NCBI GenBank assembly: GCA_029851835.1
Contig: JARKVD010000007.1
Coordinates: forward strand, 823 to 64,822
DNA: 64,000 nucleotides
Direction: 5' to 3'
Source of the DNA: Clostridium sp.
GTDB lineage: Bacteria; Bacillota; Clostridia; Clostridiales; Clostridiaceae
Shown here in pieces: positions 20,932 to 29,732 of this stretch. Made by a program: the position numbers and the translations under genes. How positions within the stretch are numbered: the stretch's first letter is position 1; each line of letters starts with the position of its first letter. Under the pieces are notes generated by a model that saw only the letters and a list, made by a program, of their open reading frames with translations, made no database searches and was not told the origin of the DNA.

Positions 20932-21990
20932 ATGGATGATTTATATATTATTCAACCAAATAAAAACATATCTTCAACTCTTAAAAATATGGTTGAACTA
21001 AGTACAAAAGATATCCCTCATCATATTATCAATGATATAAATTACACTTCTGATTTAACCTTCAAAAAACTTCTTTTTGTGGCACAGGTTGAAGACGTTG
21101 GCTATGACATACCAATGATACAATTTCTAGCAAAACTACTTGAGCGTGGCAGAGATTCTTTAAAAGGTTCAACTGGAGCACTAATGATATACAGCATTGA
21201 TGACCATGGCACAAAGCGTATTGCTCAAGATATAATTTATATAACCAACAATATTGGATGTGCTTTTATAGGGCACCCTTTAGTTGAAGCCACTGCTTCC
21301 TTAAGGAATTTTGCAACCTGGCAGAAAACCATGCACATGCCCCTTGAAGAAATCTGCTATGCTCTCTGCAAAGGACTTGTAAAACGCTTGATGGTTGATA
21401 GCCCACTAAAAATATCTAATGGTAAAATGTTAGTTTTATATTCAAGTACCCATAAAACTTCAAATACTTTGGACTTGTGGCATATGGTTTCTAAATATAT
21501 TAATGACATTTCTATAAAAGAAATAAAGATTGAAAATGGAAAAATATTAGACTGTCTAGGATGTCCTTATAAGATGTGTTTACACTACGGAAAGAAAAAA
21601 GGCTGTTTCTATGGTGGGATTATTACTGATGCTGTAATGCCATCTGTAGATGAGAGTGATGTAATTGTATGGTTATGCCCAAACTATAATGATGCTGTTG
21701 CTGCAAACCTTACTGCTGTAATAAATCGCCTTACCGCTCTTTATCGTCGAAGCAGTTTTTATAAAAAATACATGTTTGCTGTAATTGTATCTGGAAATTC
21801 TGGAAGCGACTCTGTTGCTAAACAGTTAATCGGAGCTCTAAACATTAATAAAGGCTTTAGGCTTCCTCCTTACTTCTCAATTCGAGCTATAGCCAATGAC
21901 CCTAAATCAATATTCAATGTTGATGCTATAGATGCAAAAGCTCTCAGCTTCAGCCAAAACATATTAAATAATTTTATCCACCAAGATTAA
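20932..21990 (+). CDS. Flavodoxin-fold / iron-sulfur flavoprotein-like protein (two flavodoxin-like halves)
   Basis: SSTHKTSNT FMN loop, CLGCPYKMCLHYGKKKGC, SDVIVWLCPNYN. Confidence 0.75.
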   Translation: MDDLYIIQPNKNISSTLKNMVELSTKDIPHHIINDINYTSDLTFKKLLFVAQVEDVGYDIPMIQFLAKLLERGRDSLKGSTGALMIYSIDDHGTKRIAQDIIYITNNIGCAFIGHPLVEATASLRNFATWQKTMHMPLEEICYALCKGLVKRLMVDSPLKISNGKMLVLYSSTHKTSNTLDLWHMVSKYINDISIKEIKIENGKILDCLGCPYKMCLHYGKKKGCFYGGIITDAVMPSVDESDVIVWLCPNYNDAVAANLTAVINRLTALYRRSSFYKKYMFAVIVSGNSGSDSVAKQLIGALNINKGFRLPPYFSIRAIANDPKSIFNVDAIDAKALSFSQNILNNFIHQD

Positions 21991-22002
21991 TTTACAAAAT
22001 AT

Positions 22003-22033
22003 AAAAGCAGAAACCTTTTACGTTCCTGCTTTT
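22003..22033. terminator. Bidirectional intrinsic terminator
   Basis: AAAAGCAG...CTGCTTTT between convergent genes. Confidence 0.6.
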
Positions 22034-22037
22034 ATAT

Positions 22038-22346
22038 TTACTCCCTCACTAATTCATATGTCCATCTATCTATACCACCTAAATTATAAACATCATTATA
22101 ACCTAGGTACTCAAGAATCATTGCCACTCTTCTGCTGCGATTACCACTATAGCAATATACACAAATTGGTGTATCTTTATCTGGCGCAATATCCTCTATC
22201 TCATGTGCAACCTCATTCTGTGCTAGCATAATAGCATTCTTTATATGCCCACTTTCATAATCATCCTTATCTCTAATATCTAAAATAACCAGATCTTTAT
22301 TTTCATTAATTTTAAGTTGAAGCTCTGATGCTGAAATATTTTTCAT
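22038..22346 (-). CDS. Rhodanese-like protein
   Basis: LDIR, GHIKNA, YCYSGNRS, NLGGI. Confidence 0.9.
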   Translation of the reverse strand: MKNISASELQLKINENKDLVILDIRDKDDYESGHIKNAIMLAQNEVAHEIEDIAPDKDTPICVYCYSGNRSRRVAMILEYLGYNDVYNLGGIDRWTYELVRE

Positions 22347-22394
22347 AATTATTTTCCTCCTTAAGTTAGTATTCCAAACTAATTCTATTAAATA

Positions 22395-23567
22395 TTATTC
22401 AATTCCTTTTCTTTTGTATGTTCTATGAATATATAAATTTATCATTGCAGCGGTAGGAACTGCTAATAATATTCCTATTATCCCAAAATATCCTGCACCA
22501 ATGGTTATGGCAACAAGAACAAATACTGGTGGAACCCCTACACTGCCACCAACAATTTTGGGTTGAATTATATTTCCATCAATCTGCTGATATAAAAGAA
22601 GTAAAAGTCCTCCCCATACTCCTACAGTAATACTTGAAAACATACCTAAAATAAATGCTGTAGCTGCACCAATAGCCGGTCCTATATAAGGAAGCACATT
22701 GCATATACCTGCAATTATTCCAACTAATATAGCAAATGGATGCTTAATTATAAGCATTAGAATTGAAGATACTATACCTACGATTAATGCGTCCAATAAA
22801 ACCCCTCGTACAAAGCATCCCACCACTTCATCTAAATCAAAAATAAATTGCTTTATAGATTTTCCAATTTTATTAGGTATAAATGCTTTTCCAAATTTAT
22901 TAGCTGTACTAAATAGCATCTCTTTATCTTTTAGAAAGTAAAAACAAAATATTACCGTTAAAACGAAATCAACTAGGAAAGAACTCACCCCAGATATACT
23001 ATTAGTTATAATATAAACTATTCTTTCCCCAAATGTTGCAAATATAGCTGTTATCTTATCCAAATATGTAGTTATTTTTTGATAATTGATATTTAGACTT
23101 TCAAAGTAAGAACTTAAATTAACTACACCCTCTCTAACCACCCTTTCATATTGAGGTATATTTTCAATCAAAGCTCTTGCATTATCAAGAAGTGGTGGTA
23201 TTATGTAGTTAAAAATTATAACAACTGAAAAAATAATTATTATAAATACAATTGTTATACTAGCCATTCTATATGCCCATCTATACTTGTCTACTCCTTT
23301 TCCCTTGAAAATAGAAATAAACATTCTTTCAATATAACAAACTGGTGGAAATAATAAGTACGTAAAAATCGCAGCTACAATTATTGGTCTGATAATCCTA
23401 AAGAATCCTAATAAAAAATCCTTTACCACAGTAATATATATTCCACTTCTACTTATAACTTCATATGCGGCAAAAAGAAAAATCCCCACAACAACAACTA
23501 CTATTCCTATATTTACATATTTTCTATCTATATTCATCTTTTTATCTATTCTGAATTTTTCCCACAT
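22395..23567 (-). CDS. AI-2E family transporter
   Basis: LPYIGP, QQIDGNIIQPKIVG, GIIGILLAVP. Confidence 0.9.
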   Translation of the reverse strand: MWEKFRIDKKMNIDRKYVNIGIVVVVVGIFLFAAYEVISRSGIYITVVKDFLLGFFRIIRPIIVAAIFTYLLFPPVCYIERMFISIFKGKGVDKYRWAYRMASITIVFIIIIFSVVIIFNYIIPPLLDNARALIENIPQYERVVREGVVNLSSYFESLNINYQKITTYLDKITAIFATFGERIVYIITNSISGVSSFLVDFVLTVIFCFYFLKDKEMLFSTANKFGKAFIPNKIGKSIKQFIFDLDEVVGCFVRGVLLDALIVGIVSSILMLIIKHPFAILVGIIAGICNVLPYIGPAIGAATAFILGMFSSITVGVWGGLLLLLYQQIDGNIIQPKIVGGSVGVPPVFVLVAITIGAGYFGIIGILLAVPTAAMINLYIHRTYKRKGIE

Positions 23568-23787
23568 ACCATGCTCCCTTCTAGAACTCTATATTCTTAA
23601 AAACTTACTCATTTGTTACCATGCAAAAAACTACTACATAATTAAATTATACCATGATATATAATGATTTTATATAAGATATGTATACCATAAAATCACT
23701 AAAAAATTCAATAAGAAAGGTTAATTATGCATAAGCTATATTTACATAATTAACCACATATCAAAATTTATTCACTTTCTTTGCTTT

Positions 23788-25215
23788 TTAATTTGACTCT
23801 TGTCGATCTCTATATTTTAATGATTTTCTCAAAAACCTACCTTTAATTGCTTTCCAATTAAACGGTATTAAAGGATATAAATACCCTCTTCCTGTTAATG
23901 TTTTATTGGTAGCTATAATAGCTACTATTAATATTATTCCTACACTATAACCCCAGTAACTAAATAACGCTGTTAATATTAGTAGCAGAATTCTACAGAA
24001 TTTTATAGCATAACCAAGCTCAATACTTGGTTGAGTAAAGCTCCCTACCGCAATTATAGCCATATATAAAATTGTATCTGGTACAAACCAACCTGACCTT
24101 ATGGCAAAGTCCCCTAATACTAATCCACCAATAATACCTAAAGTGCTCCCTAGTACTCCAGGTGTGTTAAGAGATGACATATGTAATCCATCTATTGCAA
24201 CTTCAAGTAATAGAAACTGAATTACTAGTGGCACAGTATTCATTTCTGCCACTGTGAGAACCTTTAAAGTCGCCGGTAATTTATCTGCATATTGCATTAT
24301 TAACAGCCAAGTTGGAGTTAATAATAATGTAAAAATAGCAACCAAGTTTCTTATTATCCTTAAATATGCACCAATAATTGGTGGGTAATAAAAATCTTGT
24401 ATTTCTTGAACAAAATCAAAAAAAGAAGATGGTAATATCATTACATCTGGACTATTATCAATTATTATTACAATATTTCCTTCTAAAATTTGAGCCGCAG
24501 CCACATCTGGTCTTTCCGTGTATCTAACCTTTGGAAATGGGTTGTAAAATTTATGCTTAATTAAAGCTTCTACTAAACTCTCCATATTCATAGTTAGAGA
24601 ATCAACCTTTAAGTTTTGAATCCTTGATTTAGTTCTTTCAAGAAGGGTTTTATCTTCTAATCCTTCTATATATCCAATAGCCACGTCTGTTTTAGAACGT
24701 GTTCCTACAGACATCATTTCAAAAGTAAGTCTTGGATCTCTAATTCGTCTTCTTATAAGAGCAGTATTAAATACTATAGTCTCTAAAAATCCATCCTTTG
24801 AACCCCTTGTTACCTTTTCCTTTTCAGGTTCACCGTAGGTTCTAGCTGGATAGGTTCTAAGGTCCATAATTATGGCTTCGTCAAAGCCGTCAATAATCAT
24901 TATTGTAGGGCCAGCTAAAAGAGTTGATATAATACTATCAATATCTTTAAGTGTATCAACTTCAACATATGGCACTATTGCTGTACTAAATCCTTTTGCT
25001 GTGGCCATTTTATCCATCTGCTCTGGAGTTATCTTAAAGAAACTCTCCATAATTTTCTCCATAACTTCATCTTTTATAAATCCATCAATGAAGAAAATTG
25101 CTGTCTTTCTCCCACCTATGAGTATATTTCTATTTATCAAATCAAAACTTTTATCTACATTTAATTTCGCCTTAATTATCTTTAAATTTTCCTCAACATT
25201 CCTTGATAAATCCAT
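23788..25215 (-). CDS. spoVAF: GerA-family spore germination protein (SpoVAF-like)
   Basis: RTYPAR, EPEKEKVTRGSKDGF, NTALIRRRIRD, YTERPD; stands alone without gerB/gerC partners. Confidence 0.75.
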   Translation of the reverse strand: MDLSRNVEENLKIIKAKLNVDKSFDLINRNILIGGRKTAIFFIDGFIKDEVMEKIMESFFKITPEQMDKMATAKGFSTAIVPYVEVDTLKDIDSIISTLLAGPTIMIIDGFDEAIIMDLRTYPARTYGEPEKEKVTRGSKDGFLETIVFNTALIRRRIRDPRLTFEMMSVGTRSKTDVAIGYIEGLEDKTLLERTKSRIQNLKVDSLTMNMESLVEALIKHKFYNPFPKVRYTERPDVAAAQILEGNIVIIIDNSPDVMILPSSFFDFVQEIQDFYYPPIIGAYLRIIRNLVAIFTLLLTPTWLLIMQYADKLPATLKVLTVAEMNTVPLVIQFLLLEVAIDGLHMSSLNTPGVLGSTLGIIGGLVLGDFAIRSGWFVPDTILYMAIIAVGSFTQPSIELGYAIKFCRILLLILTALFSYWGYSVGIILIVAIIATNKTLTGRGYLYPLIPFNWKAIKGRFLRKSLKYRDRQESN

Positions 25216-25384
25216 ACTTTCACATCCTTATACTTTAACTGACATTAGTATGTGTTAAATGCTAATTTAATATTACAACTGTTATTTTTATGTTAAATCC
25301 TACTAATTAATTTGCAAATTGTAGATAATATTAATATAATTATATTTGCTATTATTTTGAAAGATTTTAAAAAGGAGATTTAAT

Positions 25385-26197
25385 ATGGATAATATAATGA
25401 ATATTTTAAAAGGAATGGTCATTGGTATCTCTAATGTTATTCCTGGTGTTAGTGGTGGAACAATGGCTGTAGTTATGGGAATCTACGATAAGCTTCTTTC
25501 TTCAATCAACAGCTTTTTTAAAGATTGGAAAAAAAGCATCTTCTTCCTTGGAGAAATAGCTATTGGTGCTGCTCTAGGAATTGTATTATTTAGTAAATTA
25601 ATTACAACTCTGCTTACTAAATACTCAGAGCCTACAAACTTTTTCTTTATCGGTCTTATTCTTGGATCTTTCCCACTACTTTATAAAAGAGCAACAAAAG
25701 ATAAGATTAAACCAGTAAACTATATTTGGTTTGTTATTACTCTAGGCCTTATGATAGCAATGTCTTTCTTTAATGGCGGTAATGATTCCTCCACTGTGAT
25801 GACAGCCCTAACATTCAAGTCCTTTATAACCCTTTTAGCTGCTGGCTTCATAGCTGCTGCTACAATGATACTTCCTGGTGTTAGTGGTTCATTAGTGCTT
25901 TTAATTCTTGGAATTTACACTACATTTACTACAGCTGTATCAACATTTAATATACCACTTCTTATTCCAATTGGTCTTGGAGTATTACTAGGTATTATTA
26001 CAATGACTAAGGCTATTGAAGCTCTTTTAAATAAATTCCCACAGCCTACTTATTTCGCGATCTGCGGATTAATTCTTGGCTCAATCTTCCCTGTATATCC
26101 CGGTTTCACACTAGGAACAATGGGAGTTATCTCTGTAGCCACCTTTGCTGCTGGCTTTATATTAACATACATATTAGGAAAAAAAGAATCATTATAA
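25385..26197 (+). CDS. DUF368 membrane protein (undecaprenyl-phosphate translocase family)
   Basis: Repeated IPGVSGGT / LPGVSGS motifs. Confidence 0.88.
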   Translation: MDNIMNILKGMVIGISNVIPGVSGGTMAVVMGIYDKLLSSINSFFKDWKKSIFFLGEIAIGAALGIVLFSKLITTLLTKYSEPTNFFFIGLILGSFPLLYKRATKDKIKPVNYIWFVITLGLMIAMSFFNGGNDSSTVMTALTFKSFITLLAAGFIAAATMILPGVSGSLVLLILGIYTTFTTAVSTFNIPLLIPIGLGVLLGIITMTKAIEALLNKFPQPTYFAICGLILGSIFPVYPGFTLGTMGVISVATFAAGFILTYILGKKESL

Positions 26198-26335
26198 AAA
26201 CTAAGCCAGCTGCTTAATATTTTTAAACAGCTGGCTTTATATATTAGCTTATTATTCAACTCTTTTAATTAACTACAAACTAAGTACTTCATTTACTTCT
26301 ATTAAAGTCATCAACCATAAGAAATAATAAAGACC

Positions 26336-27340
26336 TTATTCCTTATGGAAATCAAACTCTCTATCTACATATTTAGATAATAATTCTATTGATGCATTAG
26401 TATCGTCCATACTTATTAAAGCATTTGGTCCATGAACATATCTTGTTGCAACAGAAATACCTGTTGCCCTAACTCCAAAGTTAGATTTATTTATTGCGCC
26501 TGCATCTGTTCCTCCACCATCAATAACATCAAGCTGATATTTAATTTCGTTTTCTTTTGCACAAGCAATCATCTCATCAACAAGATATTCATTACATATT
26601 ACAGAACCATCTGAAATCTTTATGGCAGCTCCACCTCCAACTTTATTGCTTCCTTCTCCTGAATTTGGATAATCACTTGCTATGGTTACATCTAGTGCTA
26701 TTCCTAAATCAGGATTTATTCTATTTGCAGCAACTGTTGCTCCTCTTAATCCAACCTCTTCTTGGGTTGAAAATACAAAGTATAAATCATTATAAGGCTC
26801 GTCTATTTTCTTTAAAGACTCAATTAAAATATAACATCCAATTCTATCATCAAGCCCTTTGCCAGTTATATTATTTCCCTTAAGCTCTGCATAATCTCCA
26901 ACATAAGCAGCCACATCACCTATTCTCACATATTGTTCTGCTTCTTCCTTATCCTTTGCGCCAATGTCTATAAATAACTTTTTAGTATCTGAAGCTAAAT
27001 CCTTTGCTGCAACAGTTGAAGATACTAATCCCACAACACCATTTCTAAATTTAACTCTTCCCATATTGGTTCCTGCTACAGGAATTCCACCTAAAGCTCT
27101 AGCAGTAATAAATCCTTTATCATCTATCTTAATTACTTGGAACCCAATTTCATCCATATGCGCTGAAGCCATTATTTTTTTCTTATTTTCACCGATACCA
27201 GCTTTAAAAACTATTAAATTACCAAGAGCATCCACAGTAATTTCATCAGCGTAAGCTTTAACCTCTTCTTTAATTACATTTCTAACTTCTTTTTCGTATC
27301 CACTTACACCAAAAGCATTAACCAATTTTTCTACTAACAT
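26336..27340 (-). CDS. M42-family metallo-aminopeptidase
   Basis: AHMDEIG, LDDRIG, QEEVGLRGA, GGTDAG, RYVH; start moved to ATG 27340 after GGAGG. Confidence 0.9.
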   Translation of the reverse strand: MLVEKLVNAFGVSGYEKEVRNVIKEEVKAYADEITVDALGNLIVFKAGIGENKKKIMASAHMDEIGFQVIKIDDKGFITARALGGIPVAGTNMGRVKFRNGVVGLVSSTVAAKDLASDTKKLFIDIGAKDKEEAEQYVRIGDVAAYVGDYAELKGNNITGKGLDDRIGCYILIESLKKIDEPYNDLYFVFSTQEEVGLRGATVAANRINPDLGIALDVTIASDYPNSGEGSNKVGGGAAIKISDGSVICNEYLVDEMIACAKENEIKYQLDVIDGGGTDAGAINKSNFGVRATGISVATRYVHGPNALISMDDTNASIELLSKYVDREFDFHKE

Positions 27341-27488
27341 ATTATTCCTCCCTGAATGTAAATATATTCTATAAATACCATAATACCATAACTTATTTTT
27401 AAATACTACAACAATTCCCTTATGCAAAACGTTTTAACTTCTTGAATAATTCACTTTTATCTAGTATACTTGTATTAATTTAAATATA

Positions 27489-27534
27489 TAGGTGATGGAG
27501 TTCACCTTAACTGCAAATGCTAATGACTCCTACA
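27489..27534 (+). ncRNA. Fluoride riboswitch (crcB motif)
   Basis: GGTGATGGAGTTCACC...AACTGC-AAAT-GCTAATGACTCCTAC matches the crcB consensus, including the GGAGT/ACTCC pseudoknot. Confidence 0.9.
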
Positions 27535-27568
27535 GCAACACTATAAGTGTACCTGTAGGAGATTTTTT
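27527..27568 (+). terminator. Terminator expression platform of the fluoride riboswitch
   Basis: CTCCTACAG...CTGTAGGAG followed by a T tract; overlaps the aptamer 3' end. Confidence 0.8.
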
Positions 27569-27640
27569 ATGTTAAAAACATTAAAATTTCTTATAAGCAA
27601 TAAAAGTAATACATTAAATACAGATTTTAGGAGGATATTT

Positions 27641-28825
27641 ATGGCTATTTCACTTGCACTAATTATTTTACTTGGAATTTTATTCAGTTATTTATTTGAA
27701 AAAATCAAACTACCTGGACTTTTAGGTATGCTGCTTATTGGAGTTATTATAGGTCCATATGCATTAAACCTTATTGACCAAAATCTACTTAATATATCTG
27801 CTGACTTAAGAAAAATAGCATTAATTATTATTTTACTTAGAGCAGGATTTGGTATTAAAAAGTCTGAACTAAAGTCTATTGGAAAGCCAGCTCTAAAAAT
27901 GAGCTTCATTCCTGGAGCCCTTGAAGGTTTATCAATAGCAGCCGCTTCAACAATACTCTTAGATTTTTCTTTTATTCAAGGAGGAATTCTAGGATTTATA
28001 ATTGCTGCAGTTTCACCAGCAGTTGTTGTCCCTCAAATGATTAATCTTTTAAACCTTAAAAGGGGTACAGATAAAAACATACCAACCCTCATCCTTGCAG
28101 CGGCCTCTATAGATGATGTCTTTGCCATAACCATAATGACTGTATTTATGGGATTATATGGTGGTGAAAATATTAATATTGTTGGTCATCTTTTAGGTAT
28201 ACCACTTTCTATACTTTTAGGAATACTCCTTGGATTGCTAACGGCATTAATATTACTAAAGATTTTTAAATACTTTAACTTAAATACAACCCGCAAAATT
28301 CTAATTGTATTGGCATCAGCAATTTTCATAACCTATTTAGAAACTGCTTTAGAACACACTATAACTATAGCAAGCCTTTTAGGGGTAATGACATTGTCCT
28401 TTATTTTAATGGATAAAAACCCTAAAATATCAAAAGCTCTATCGGAAGGCTTTAATAAAGTTTGGTCCTTAGCTGAAATTTTGCTATTTATTTTAGTTGG
28501 TGCTCAAGTAAATATTTCTGTTGCCATAGAAGCTGGTGTTATAGGAATCTTGTTAATTTTTATTGGCTTAGTTTTTAGGAGCTTAGGTGTTTGGATCTCT
28601 TTAATCAATACAAACCTTTTTAAAAAAGAAAAGCTATTTTGTGTTATCTCCTATATTCCTAAAGCTACAGTACAAGCAGCCATGGGTGCTGTCCCATTAA
28701 CTATGGGTGTTGCCTCTGGCGATATTATATTGGCTATTTCAGTGGTGGCAATTTTAATCACTGCGCCAATAGGAGCAATCTGTATATCTATTTCTAGTAA
28801 ATATCTTTTAACCAGCGAAAAATAA
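27641..28825 (+). CDS. Cation:proton antiporter (CPA/NHA-like) under fluoride riboswitch control
   Basis: AVSPAVVVP, ASIDDV, PKATVQAA; ATG 27641 after AGGAGG. Confidence 0.85.
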   Translation: MAISLALIILLGILFSYLFEKIKLPGLLGMLLIGVIIGPYALNLIDQNLLNISADLRKIALIIILLRAGFGIKKSELKSIGKPALKMSFIPGALEGLSIAAASTILLDFSFIQGGILGFIIAAVSPAVVVPQMINLLNLKRGTDKNIPTLILAAASIDDVFAITIMTVFMGLYGGENINIVGHLLGIPLSILLGILLGLLTALILLKIFKYFNLNTTRKILIVLASAIFITYLETALEHTITIASLLGVMTLSFILMDKNPKISKALSEGFNKVWSLAEILLFILVGAQVNISVAIEAGVIGILLIFIGLVFRSLGVWISLINTNLFKKEKLFCVISYIPKATVQAAMGAVPLTMGVASGDIILAISVVAILITAPIGAICISISSKYLLTSEK

Positions 28826-28853
28826 TTTATTTTAATATTTTTTTTAAAAACTG

Positions 28854-28882
28854 TTGACATTTATTAATTCTAAGTCTAACAT
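28854..28882 (+). promoter_or_regulatory. SigA-type promoter of the M-box leader
   Basis: TTGACA-17 nt-TAACAT. Confidence 0.6.
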
Positions 28883-28889
28883 TAATAAA

Positions 28890-29008
28890 GGAAACTCATT
28901 CTCATCTTATTTGAATGAGTAAATTAGAGTAGCTAAATCATAGATGCACGCAGTAAAAGTTCTGCTGACCAAATCGTAGATTTGGAGCATCACTTTTAGA
29001 CTCTCACT
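28890..29008 (-). repeat. Nested/composite copies of the two-hairpin element
   Basis: GGAAACTCATTC...GAATGAGT, CTAAATCATAGAT[partial second copy with CCAAATCGTAGATTTGG]TTAGACTCTCACT|TAA. Confidence 0.8.
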
Positions 29009-29014
29009 TAATTT

Positions 29015-29172
29015 CATATCCCTCGGTAGGTGAGGTTACTACAAGGATACGGGTTGCTGCCGTAAAAGAGTGGAAACATTCTTAACTGGTTAGCAGGTTT
29101 TGCCGAACAAAGAAGGCTTAATCTAATGCAATTTCATTGCCTTGCAGAGCTAAAACTTGAACGAGAAATGTT
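29015..29172 (+). ncRNA. M-box (ykoK) Mg2+ riboswitch
   Basis: CTCGGTAGGTGAGG...GATACG...TGCTGCC...TGCC...GCTAAAAC...CGAG consensus; terminator at 29184-29222; mgtE downstream. Confidence 0.88.
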
Positions 29173-29265
29173 AATGTTTATACATTCCTGCGTTTAAGTT
29201 AACGTGGGATTTTTTATTTTTCAATACTTTAATAATTATTTTGAATTCACGGAGGTGTAAGAAAC

Positions 29266-29382
29266 ATGGAAGATGGTAGTAGTCCTGTCAACAATGGAGA
29301 TTTATTAATCCACATAACAAACTTAATGTCAAGCTATGAATATTTATCATATGTAAATTCTTGCACCTCAATATATAATTGA
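29266..29382 (+). CDS. 38-aa small ORF directly after the M-box
   Basis: GGAGGTG RBS; MEDGSSPVNNGDLLIHITNLMSSYEYLSYVNSCTSIYN*. Confidence 0.5.
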   Translation: MEDGSSPVNNGDLLIHITNLMSSYEYLSYVNSCTSIYN

Positions 29383-29596
29383 ACCTGCAACTGCACTTAT
29401 ATAAATTTGCAACCTTCAATTATATTACTTAAGATTTAAGTTCTTAAATAGTAGGTTAAAGCTAGTTTTATTTGTCACGTTCAAATTTCCAGTGACAATT
29501 ATAAAATTTACATAAGATTTTCATGGCACTTACATTAAGTATAGTGCTTTTTTATTTCTCCATTGTTATTATTGCTACGCCTAAAGTCTAATTTAA

Positions 29597-29717
29597 GAAA
29601 ACTCATTCTCACATTTGTTCGAATGAGTACTCAAAGAGTAAGTTCGAGTAGCTAAATCAAAGATTTAGACTCTCACTTAACTTCGCCTTAGCCAAATCGG
29701 AGATTTGGAGGCTCACT
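29597..29717 (-). repeat. One full and one partial copy of the two-hairpin element, ending at the mgtE RBS
   Basis: TAA|GAAAACTCATTC...CTAAATCAAAGATTTAGACTCTCACT|TAA...CCAAATCGGAGATTTGGAGGCTCACT|TAAGGAGG. Confidence 0.85.
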
Positions 29718-29732
29718 TAAGGAGGTATAACA

